64,000 nt of DNA from Sphagnum compactum (lineage: Eukaryota). The notes beneath the pieces were generated by a model that worked only from the letters and a program-made list of their open reading frames with translations, had not been told where the DNA came from and made no database searches. The position numbers and the translations under genes are program-made. Of the stretch, positions 1 to 10,720 are shown piece by piece. Every line of letters starts with the position of its first letter. Position 1 is the first letter of the stretch. Location: assembly GCA_965153455.1 (NCBI GenBank), contig OZ234493.1, positions 18,900,213-18,964,212 on the forward strand, in the 5' to 3' direction.

Positions 1-1058
1 AATAAGAAAGTTGGGTCTACAATCAAACACTAGAAGATTGCCATTTTTAATGAGGTTCAAATCCATGCATCATTATCCATTGCAAAGATTTTTAACATCC
101 TTTCATATTTGGGACAAGTGGAGTCATCAAATTTGCAAGTTGTGAATGCCTTTGTAACACAAAATGTTACAATTAATCCACCAAAAAGTGCAAAAATACT
201 CACTTTGCTTCTCATGGTCATCTACTTGCATCTAATGGCACACATTAGTCTACTTCTATCCATCTTCAACACAGATCATGAGAAGCAAAGTGATCTTAAT
301 CTCCTCTTACCATGTAGAACGTCATTGCTTGACCACAACATTCCATTCATTAGTGGGCTCCAATCAACCTATGAAAATTAGGTCCTCAATAATGTGCATG
401 GGGGTTGAACTTAGGGTAAATGCAAAAGAATGCAAGACATTATAAGAGCTTGTTCACTTATGCTCCCCATATTTGCCACAACAATAATGACATAATTTAG
501 TTTTTCTTTATGGAAGAACTCTTCAATTGTTGCTTATGTTGTGAAACTAAGCTCCTTGTGTGTTCTCACTTTTCACCAATAATAAGTAATAGCATCATGA
601 GATCTTATCCCATATTCTTTAATGCACCATTTTTTACAACACATTCTTATACCATATTCTTTAGTGCACCATTCTTTACAAAACACATTATTGACATTGA
701 AGCCATGTTCCTAATGTTCCCGTATTAAGGGTCATTGTTGACACAAAAAATGAAATTATAATTTCTATCACATAAGGGATGAAGTCAACAAATCCATTTT
801 GGAATGTTGTATTCTAATGTTCAAGAAATATGTTTTTGATCATGTATTTTTTATCTAGTTTTGGGGAAGATCAATAATCTTCTTTTAAAAATTTCAATAT
901 AATTTTGACAATTTGTACAACAAATATTGAGCCATTTTTAACAACTTTAAGGTAACATTTTTTAGTTGGTTAGTTTTTGAAGGGTTTATAAAGAAATATG
1001 ACATCAACACTAATAAAAATATGTTTATATGAAATCCATTTTATTCAATGGAAAGAGC

Positions 1059-1687
1059 TAATGTTGTCTAGGTATCTATTTGAGCATGTGAAAATCAATG
1101 GTTTTGGATCTCAGGTACATTAACTATCGATTGACAACTTTCAAACAAAATCAAAATATTGATTTTGGAACTAGTGTTAGAACCAGACCCAAAATTAAGA
1201 ATTTGCTTTCAACTATAACTCAAAACCAAAATTGGCCCTCAAATGAATTTTATTCAAGGTTCAATTATTCATTTTCTTTAAAATATTTGATTTGATTTTC
1301 TCAATTGGCATTAGAAATGTTGTTAATGTGAAAAATAATTCAAGTGTACATTTTTAATATTAGATTTGGCAATGGGGTGGGGTGGGGGTCTCCAATGGGA
1401 ATGTAGTTGTTACTTTTAAAACATGGTTCAATTTATGCAAAAAAAATTCCCCCCTTTTTGGTTTAAATATGTAGTTGATATATGTTATTATTAGACTTGC
1501 TTATGCATTTAAAAAAAAGAACTAGGGACTTAGAGTCTTGACATGTGAAGAATTAGGTTTGCAACTAAACAAAAGGTTCTAGCAAACAAAAACAATGCCT
1601 TGAACCAAAATTGAAGGTTCTTTTTATAGAAAAAAGTTGAATCTAAGATTAGATGTTCCTTTTAAAAACAAGAACTAGACAACATTG
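1059..1687. mobile_element. hAT-like MITE, about 630 bp
   Basis: Perfect 12-bp TIR AATGTTGTCTAG (1060-1071) / CTAGACAACATT (1675-1686). Flanks gaaagagc and gaaaaaac match at 6 of 8 positions, consistent with an old 8-bp TSD. Confidence 0.6.
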
Positions 1688-2540
1688 GAAAAAACCACAA
1701 CACTAATCTTTTCAAGGTTTTCAATGTGAAAGATTTCTAAAACAAGTAAAAATAAAACTACAAAAGGAATTTTTGAAATTTCTTAGTTGCAATTTGAAGT
1801 TTTATTAAACATTTGTTTATTATAGGTGTCAACATATGATATTAAGCTTTTAATTGGCATTACAATGACCTTGGTGGTATTGTGCTTTGAAGGAGGATTG
1901 TGTTATGACATTCAATTAATTGAGCTATGTGTAATCCATTCTTTTGCATCTCATTGTATTTCATTTAGAGCAAGAGGTTTAACTGCATTTTATTCTTATG
2001 TCAAACGATACAAATTGTTATGTTTAAATAAATAAGGTAATCTGAAGTACTATTATGTTCAATATTATTAAGTAAAGTTGATTTAAATTTGTTATTTCAG
2101 TAAAGCATGCATAGGGCTTTACTGAGTGTAAAGACTTGCATTTTTTAATTATATATATATATATATATTCTCATGATACCAGATGAGAGAAAAACAAAAA
2201 AATTACTAGGCTTTTCAAAGATGGAATGCCCATGATTTTGTAAGGTGCTCAGCTGATTACACTAGAAAAATGAGGGCAGGTCTTTCCATGTAGGTTAAAG
2301 CCCTAAGATGGGGGGATTCTCAAAATAAGGGGCCTAGGATGAAGGCGATAGCCAAGTCCAAGTCCGCATTTTGGGAATATATCCCACCCATGGGTTTCAC
2401 CTATTGTAAAGCCTGAGGCAAAATTTATAATGAACCAGACCTACATAGATCACAAGCCATAGGGATGGGAGGGATATTATGCCTACTCCTCAATAGTGAG
2501 TGGGAGGGTTCTTACACCTATATAACTCTCTATAACTCAT

Positions 2541-3020
2541 CTCAAGTTTCAACACGAGCCAAAATATCATCTTTCAAAAATCCTCACATGAAAACAGACC
2601 CATTACTAATCTCAAGTTTCAACACAAGCCAAAATGTCATCTTTCAAAAATCCTCACATGAAAACAGACCCATTACTAATCTCAAGTTTCAACACAAGCC
2701 AAAATGTCATCTTTCAAAAATCCTCATATGAAAACAGACCCATTACTAATCTCAAGTTTCAACACAAGCCAAAATATCACCTTTCAAAAATCCTCATATG
2801 AAAACAGACCCATTACTAATCTCAAGTTTCAACACAAGCCAAAATGTCATCTTTCAAAAATCCTCATATGAAAACAAACCCATTACTAATCTCAAGTTTC
2901 AACACAAGCCAAAATATCATCTTTAAAAAATCCTCATATGAAAACAGACCCATTACTAATCTCAAGTTTCAACACAAGCCAAAATATCATCTTTCAAAAA
3001 TCCTCATATGAAAACAGACC
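2541..3020. repeat. Tandem minisatellite, 70-bp unit, about 7 copies
   Basis: Unit ctcaagtttcaacacaagccaaaatgtcatctttcaaaaatcctcatatgaaaacagacccattactaat starts at 2541, 2611, 2681, 2751, 2821, 2891 and 2961. Few substitutions and no spacers. Confidence 0.95.
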
Positions 3021-3108
3021 TTATTATTACCTAGGGGCCAAAATCCCTTGAGCTACTATACTCTATAATGAATCGAAACACAATATCCTTGCCTTGGGTA
3101 GGCAAGGC

Positions 3109-3252
3109 CAACAAAACCCAAACAGGGTCTCCAAAGGAAACTTTGAGACTGAAGCTTGGCAAAGCAAGTGCGCTTGAGAACAACAAAACCCAAACAGACC
3201 CTCCAAAGGAAACTTTGAGACTGAAGCTTGGCAGAGCAAGTGCGTTTGAGAA
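3109..3252. repeat. Tandem duplication, 72 bp x 2
   Basis: caacaaaacccaaacag...gcaagtgcgcttgagaa at 3109 and 3181. Confidence 0.9.
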
Positions 3253-3390
3253 TATCTTCATCAGTGTCAGTGTAACTGGGGGGCCATCAAGGGGTCGCGC
3301 AGAACCTCATTGCGAGTCCGAAAGGACAGCAGCCTACGGCCCTTTTGGAGCCGCCGACCTCTGGAATACTCAGAGTCAGTTGGAGTGAAC

Positions 3391-3416
<26 letters not shown>
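3391..3416. repeat. (GA)n microsatellite
   Basis: Direct reading. Confidence 0.9.
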
Positions 3417-3421
<5 letters not shown>

Positions 3422-3658
3422 GCAGTCAAGTGAAGCTTTCGTGTTCCTCTGATGTTCTAAAAAGGAATTTTGGAAGACCATGGTCAGAATGCTCTCTTCT
3501 GTCACGGACGTAATTGTGGAAACTGTTGTTTAAGTGTCGTTTCCAACCTGGAAAGAGGTAGGTGCGGCGCAGGCGGATCTAGAATTAGGGCTACCGACAG
3601 CTGCTAAGTGTCTATTCCGCTGTAGAAAGGGGGGTAATCCTCCGGCAGTTTTCCGGTA

Positions 3659-3713
3659 TTAGGGTTTACAGATACCGTTCCGATCTCAGATCGACGGTGT
3701 GCAGAAACCCTAA
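3659..3713. promoter_or_regulatory. Two telo-box motifs (AAACCCTAA) in opposite orientation upstream of RPS27
   Basis: TTAGGGTTT at 3659-3667 and AAACCCTAA at 3705-3713. Telo-boxes are established elements of plant ribosomal-protein promoters. Confidence 0.6.
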
Positions 3714-3989
3714 ATTCTCGTGATGCGGGTATAGATACTCGTTCGCGCCGCTTTGATATTCTTCATCTTCGTGTTCTTCGCTTCCCGTGGACGGCCATTG
3801 CTAGCGCTTCGATCTCCTTTCGCAGAATCTTTCGAGCCGTTGCGATCTTCGTTCTTTCTGACTGGCGTGCACGGCCGTTGCTGTCATTTCCGCTTCTGCT
3901 TCTATCGTTCTTCCCAGAATCGTGTTACCTTGCAAGCAGGTTCTCTCCTCGTTTGGAGTGATCGGACGAGGTGTAGTTTGTTAGTCATC

Positions 3990-4794
3990 ATGGTAAGTCT
4001 CTCTATGCCTCCGCTTGTTGTTTCCAAGCGGACATTTTCCATTCTCTTGCATCGTCTCTCGGTGTTTTCTGATATGGATTCTTTGAGCATGAGTTTCTTG
4101 CTGTTGTCTGCTGATGTCTTTCGAGAAGGATGTCGAGATGAGAATCGGGCGAGTAATGAGGTTTCTCTCATGTGTTGCGTTCAAATACGTCATTCCGTGA
4201 GTCCTGTGACATTTGTTTATGCGGGAGATTGTTTTGAATTTACGGTAAGGAGGGATTTGTAACCCCTGTTGTTTTTGTGCTGTGCACAGGTGCTTTCCAA
4301 CGATATTGATTTGTTGCACCCGCCCTCGGAATTGGAGAAGCGAAAGCACAAGCTCAAACGACTTGTGCAGTCTCCAAACTCGTTTTTCATGGATGTCAAG
4401 TGTCAGGGGTGTTTCACCATGTAAGTCTCGTTCTTGACACGGAGCGAGAATTGAATAGCCTCTTTGGTTGCAGTCTTTGTGCCAAATTTAGGCACTTTCA
4501 ATATGTCCTGTAGAGAGGGCTATTTTCTTCAACCCTAGTGCACTGTTTTGGGGTTTTCTTTTGTTGTTTGAAGTTTTGGATGCTGTGATTGATTACCTAA
4601 AAGATAGCAGTAGTAAGAATTATCTTCTCATGAAAGACTGCTGTGTTGCAATTTTCTGTGGTTGCAGAACGACGGTGTTCAGTCACTCCCAGACTGTGGT
4701 ATTGTGTGGGAGCTGCAGTACAGTACTATGCCAGCCCACAGGCGGGAAGGCTCGGCTTACTGAAGGCTGTTCCTTCCGGAAGAAGGGAGAGTGA
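3990..4794 (+). CDS. RPS27: 40S ribosomal protein S27 (eS27), 86 aa, 3 coding exons
   Basis: Exons 3990-3992 (ATG only, then gtaagt), 4290-4420 and 4668-4794, with GT-AG introns. Spliced protein [86 protein letters not shown] has the C4 zinc finger. Confidence 0.97.
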
Positions 4795-6369
4795 TCTGCA
4801 AATATTTTAGGAGTGGTCAAGCAAACTCCTTCACAAGAAAGTGTACACAACAAGTCCTTTGGATGTGGCTGGGCATTTACCAACAAAAGTGGGAGTCAAT
4901 TGCTAAAGATGTTGCCACAGAGCATAGCTGCTGGCCAAAGTTGCTGGCTCGTACTGTGCAGTCATATTCTCTGAGGGACTAGTGAGTTCTGACTTGTACT
5001 CAATCCACAAGAAACTGTGCACCGCAATGCACTTCTACAAGCCAATGAGTTTGTGTATAGGTTTCTTGCCTACTATTTTGACAGAATTCAATGTCAGTTA
5101 ATATTGATTTGTGTTGGATTTGATTAAGTAACACATATTGACATTGCCATTGCATAAAGGTGGATGTAATGAAGATGTTTTTGTGTGGAGATGAGTTTCA
5201 TATTTTTTTGTTCTATGCCTCTCTGCAACATATTTTTTCCCATTCTTTTTTAAACCAGGTATATTAGAGTACCCAATCTCCTACTTGGTGATGCTGTTTC
5301 CTTTCACTCATCAGAAGTACTAGTATGGTTTGTCTTTTTCCGGCACCTGAAGGTTATACAGGTGTCATATCAGAATGCCTTGGCTATTCTTTAGCATGTG
5401 TCAAAGGTCTTATTTGGGACTAGCTTCTGTGCTACTTGAGGTGCCTTTGGTGTTGGGGGAAAACGAAGTGGGATGTTCTGACTTGTGTTTCTATGACTCA
5501 TATTTTGGAGTGGGGAATCATTTGTATGTCGAAAGCCTTGGAGACTAGTGTTCCTGGCTTTGGTTATCAAGATTCCAATGCACCACTCACTGACGATCGA
5601 TCATTTGCCTCCAAGTTACTCCATTGAGTATTCATGTGTTATAAGCGGTCCAGTCTAGTTGTGTGATCTGGAAAGCTTTCAAATCTATTTGTGCCATTGC
5701 CATACCAAATACTTGTGGGTAAAGCAACTGGGTCTTGGAGATGAAACCATTTATCATTTCCAATATGTGAAGGAGACAGAAATTTCCTAGTGTCTTTAGA
5801 GAGGGGATATATAGTGGGATTGGAGACAGAACACCGTGTCATTTTACAAATGTAAAGCACTAAAGAAAAGTTTTTGTCTTTGAAGGGCACATTATACATA
5901 TGGAGGGTAAGGCCTGCTCTGGGGGCCTTCTCGAACTCCGGGTCCTAGCCCAAGGGATCTGGCGTGAGGGGGGATCCCTTCATTTGACAAAAAGGATCTG
6001 CCGTGCAGGGGACGTGCTTTGAGATACAAAGTTAAATAACATTGCACAAGCATCTAATTGGTTGCTCCTGAGTAGTGTTTACTTTGTTTTACAGAAGGAA
6101 AGAGATCTTACCCTTATATATAGGTGTAAGATCCTTCTCATGCTTAATGTCTTAGTTTCTGCCTTGTCTGAGGTCGTTTATATTGAGACCTGTGGGGCCC
6201 TTTGAGACCTGTGGGGGCCCTCCCTCGAGAGTTGGCACGAACTGCCAACCCATTTTGGGATAGTGCCAGGCAGGGCAGCTGCAAAAACTGTGCCTTCTCA
6301 AAGAGGGGTTCCTGACTTTCAGTTGCAATACGAACTTTGGATGCGACTGGGATGTGATGTGTAGGATAA

Positions 6370-6479
6370 GGGTCTGAAAATAGACCCTTTGGGATTTGAG
6401 ATCCCGGCCTCATTTTTTGACCCATTACCTCAGCCTACCGGCCGGGATTTCAAATCTCAAAGGGTCTATTTTCAGACCC
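6370..6479. mobile_element. Foldback or MITE-like element, 40-bp inverted arms and 30-nt spacer
   Basis: 6370-6409 is the reverse complement of 6440-6479 with two mismatches. Confidence 0.7.
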
Positions 6480-7419
6480 ATCCCTTACATAAAGACGATT
6501 GGTGATTTTTCTTTGGGCTTCCCTGTATTGATAAAGAAAACAACTGATAAAATGTGGAAAACCATGCAAATATTACTGAGTTTGAAAACTGTAGCATACA
6601 CATTTCGTAAAAACCTCTCTTTTTATTTCTCTTTGTATTTTGAGGGATCTCCCCCAGCAGAAGATCCCTAGGAAGTTATGTGGTGGGGGAGATTCCCCTA
6701 TATTTCTAGGTTTCTATGTTCCCATGGAAAGATGTTTTGATGGGATGGATTAGGAAAATTCAAAAGCACAAGGAAAGGGACAGATCAGGAAAAATTTTAA
6801 AAACAAGAAGGAAAGAATGGAGGAAAGAAAAAGAAGAGAATTTTTTATGTATGTGGAGGTTCCCATGCTCGCATGTTCTCCATCGGTTAGGAATGTCCTC
6901 AGGCTATCGCCTTTGTGCAACCCTCCCTTAGGAGAACCCACTCATATGGGAACTTCCCCTACAACCTATTGCATTCGGGAGTGTATCTCCAAACACACTA
7001 CAAAAAGTTGTGGAGCTTTCTATGCTAACTTTGGACTTGGAGATTTTTTATTTAGGCTTGTTATACACTAGGAGTTAGGGCCAATGTTCAACCCAAATCT
7101 AGCATTTCTATTGGTGCAAAACTTAAAATCAATCCAAGGGCATTATTGTCTTTTCCTCCTTTTTTGCCTTGGTCATGGATTGCATCATTAAATATCATCG
7201 TTGCTTTTCATCTTGATTTACCATGCCCCTGTTCATATCATTTATATTTCATATGTTCTTTGTGTCGAGGTTCAGTGTGTTTTGCTCTCCTTCAGTTTAG
7301 TTGGCCATCAATCCATTCAATATAGTAGCTTGGCATGCATTTTTGCTCTTTCGTTCCTAGTGTTTGTCATTTCTACTTTGGGCTGGTGAGAAAGGCCACC
7401 AAGAGACTTGCGCCTATTT

Positions 7420-10370
7420 GCATTGGTACATGGCAAGGGACTTGGAGACATTACAAGAAGAACATACAATTAAAACATAAGTGTTGGCTTCCTAAAGATA
7501 TTGAAAGATGGCATTAGACCCTAATCCACCTCCATCAACATGATTGTGTCGCACATGAGCACTTGCTCATGAAGAGGAGTATGTTCAAACAATGCATGCA
7601 TTGGCTCCCAACACTCTTGCGGCCCCATCAAATTGAGACCATTGCGACCTTACGCCACTTTTATCCATTGATTAAGGTGACCTCCACCCTTTCATCAATG
7701 AGTTTCATCCAAAGATGGATCTTGTTTTGGATAAATAGGCATTTATTTCTACTTTGACACATTCAATTCGTCTTTCATTTGGCGATCATTTGGGTATGGT
7801 GTAAGAACTTTTGTGAAATTGTTTTGTCCTTGAGATTCTGTTAATGTATTTGATTTTTTTTTGAGATATGTGGGCACATCACTCGTGATCATGTTCCTCC
7901 ATCAAATTCACACCTGCTTGTTACATTACGACTATTGGCTTTGGAGAAACAAATTAGAGGTGTTCGACCCATCACAATTGGAGAAATCATTTATCGGTTA
8001 ATCGCCCACACAGAAGCTATTTAGTTCAAGGATACATTTGCAAGGCATTTTAGTCCACACCAGTTCGGGGTGGCAATGCCGAATAGGTGTGAGACAATGG
8101 TTCATGGTGTTAGAACTATGTTAGATCTACATTTGGAATGGGTAGTATAACAAGTAGATTTTGGAAACACATTTAATTCTATATCTCAAAAAATGATTTT
8201 TCAAAAGTTACAGTCTTGTACTAGCACATTGAATCACCTTTTTTCATTCGTTCGTCGGTTTTACACACACCCATTTCCATTATGTTTTTCGAAGGCTTCT
8301 AAACACGAGGATTTCACAATCATCTCCTTCAAATCTAGTACATAATAGGGGGATCCTTTGGAAGGAGTGTTGTTTGCAATAATTCATCTTTGTATTCTCC
8401 ATCCTACTGCAACAGCCCACCTTACTTGTGTTTTTACTTTATTGGCAGATGATATCCACATAGTTGGTCTTGCTTTTTACATGGTACTTGTTTTTTTGTG
8501 ATTACAAGAAAAGTTTGGAGCATTAAGATTTTCAGTGTAGCCGACAAAATGTGTAGTTTGGTCTCCACATGGGTTAGATTAATCTATATCATTTCCTTCA
8601 GGTTTTCTTGCACTTGAATTCGATTTTTATACTATAAACGTTCTAATGGGTTTTTTTCCATTTTTGGAGTCCTTAATATAAAGGTGCTTCAGGAGGACCT
8701 CAACATAATTGCTAGCTTTCTTATGTTTGTAATTCTTCAAACAACTTTTGTGATGTTTTTGCTTTGTTAGGCCCAACGGCTGGGCTACCTATAGTGTACT
8801 ATATTTCCATCACTAGGTATCTTGCAACATTATACTGAGTTTGATGCTCATACCATAACTATGTTTGAGAAGTTATTAGGGTCAAGATCCTTTGGCATCA
8901 TAATGGGCCATTTGGTTCATTGTTAAGTCACTATTCATGCTTCTTTAGGAGGGTTAGGCCTTCTTTTAATGATCTGACATGTTGCCCCCGTCTTTCTAAG
9001 ATGTTGGGCTTTGATTGTTTCTACATTAGTTTTTCATTTCTAACAAGATGATCACCTTACTCTTCTTGGTACAGTGGCACATGGAAAGATTGGTATTTAT
9101 TCTTTCCAAGTAGCATTATGGGATACCCGTGCAATGTTACCTGAGATCGTTCGATCACATGTCTTACCTTTTGAAAGTCTAGTGATGCAATTCTATTTTC
9201 AAATGTAGTCTTCTTTAATGGACCAACTACACGAGTAGGAATTTACTTCCCTTCTAATAGATGCTCTTTTGTACATTGTGCGAACACATCTCCGCTCTTG
9301 TGTTGGTCAAACATCAAGGGCTTTGTTATTGGTTCGTTCTAGCACCCCTTCATTTCATTTGTCCTTCGTCGATCTTTTTATAATTCTCTATATTTGTCTC
9401 AGTATACCACATCCTACAATTTCACATCTTCATGATGTTAATGTGGTCATACCATTGATGATTTTGGTATCCACTTGTTACATTTCCCATGTGGGAATGA
9501 ATGCACTACAACCCATGATACGATTTGAAATAATGTTGTAGCCATCGTGTTAGAGAGTGGAGCTCATGTACAAAAAGAAGGTTCCTACCTTTTCCCTCAC
9601 CATTCACGAAAACAAGTGGATATTGTTATCACTGAAGATGGTTTTCGAACCTTTGCGGCATGGTTTTTTTTTCAAATTCCTCAAGTAGGTGTATTGGCAA
9701 GGATCATCATCATTAATTAACAATAAATGGCAATTGTCTTGGTGGACTAGTAGAATTTTTCTACAATCCTGCCTAGTTCTAGCGACATAATGGAACACCT
9801 TGTTTAAATCTAATGACTTTTAACCTTTTTTTTTCAAGATATGGTGAGTTTTTTAAAAAAAGTCTCAAAAATCCCTTTGTTGGATTTGACAGCCCATTTT
9901 TTTTGTCGCCAAGTGGCAAAAATTCACCACCAAAAAAAAAACTTGCTTGGTGAGTGTTGTAATTATCGATGCAACTCGTACAAATTTGGTGCAACATGTT
10001 TTGATGATGATAATGCATGCAGTAACAATTGCGAATCGAGACAAAGCACAATCCTACACACAAGTGAATGCCAAAAGATGATTTCATTCCCCTTGCTATA
10101 ACGACCTATAGTTGTTTCCATCCTTGTTTTGATTAACTTTTGACTTCTTGTGTACATGCCAATATAGCTTGCCATCAGTAGACCTCCTTGGTACCTTTAA
10201 TGTTTATGTCTTATTATAGGCAATGAGTGTCAATAGCCCTTTAATGTGCGCAAGCCATCGCAACTTTTCAGCGAGTTGCCACATTTAGTCACAATTCTTC
10301 ATTTGTTCCACATGTACCAACTAATGCACCTTCATCACTAGCTGATTTTTTGGCAGAGGATGCCTTTTTA
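7420..10370 (+). mobile_element. Degenerate non-LTR retrotransposon with RT, CCHC finger and restriction-like endonuclease (CRE-like); pseudogenised
   Basis: Manual translation across stops and frameshifts gives, in order: VRPITIGEIIYRLIA (~7962), HQFGVAMP (~8058), QVDFGNTFNSI (~8151), GDPLEGVLFA (~8349), LADDIHIVG (~8442), LGGLGL (~8945), C*CGHTIDDFGIHLL..CGNECTTTHDT (~9435-9520), VDIVIT (~9617), DFIPLA (~10079) and RQ*VSIAL*CAQA (~10218). Boundaries are approximate. Confidence 0.82.
9659..9945. mobile_element. hAT-like MITE inserted into the endonuclease region of the retrotransposon
   Basis: Ends CATGGTTTTTTTT ... AAAAAAAAAACTTG form a degenerate TIR. Flanks ctttgcgg (9651-9658) and cttggtga (9946-9953) resemble a decayed 8-bp TSD. 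The host reading frame resumes on the other side. Confidence 0.6.
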
Positions 10371-10552
10371 GCATTATATCTTGCATTTCATTACTAATGT
10401 TATAATTGTCTTGGTTTTCCTTTTGTGTGTTTACATTTGCTTAGACATGTCTTGTGCTTTTTGTGGATAGATTTCCATCCTTGTTTATATATATATGGTT
10501 TTTCTCTTTACACTAAGAGTCAAGGCTGAAATAGAAAAAAACTTTTCAATCT

Positions 10553-10720
10553 GCCCCAAGTACTAATAAATGCTGAATTTTATGGCCTTGTATTGGCCCC
10601 AAGGCTGAAACAAGGATACCATCAAATTTGGGAGGCCAGACTGCAACTCTTGGGGCCAATGTTCCAGAATTTATTAATATTCTGACCTGAATGTTCGAGC
10701 ATTTATTAGTAACTTGGGGC
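10553..10720. mobile_element. MITE with about 22-bp TIRs; a second copy lies at about 27050-27220
   Basis: GCCCCAAGTACTAATAAATGCT ... AGCATTTATTAGTAACTTGGGGC. The internal sequence recurs at 27050. Confidence 0.75.

Noticed and set aside
2541..3020. CRISPR array
   Set aside because: The units are contiguous 70-bp repeats with no unique spacers, there are no cas genes, and the context is eukaryotic.
3031..3513. Short ORFs with duplicated peptides upstream of RPS27
   Set aside because: Explained by the 72-bp duplication and the GA microsatellite in promoter DNA.
3753..4349. 169-aa and antisense ORFs over RPS27
   Set aside because: They span the 5' leader and intron 1; the spliced RPS27 model explains the region.
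3993..4667. Intronic snoRNA in RPS27
   Set aside because: I found no convincing C/D box pair with a terminal stem and no H/ACA layout.
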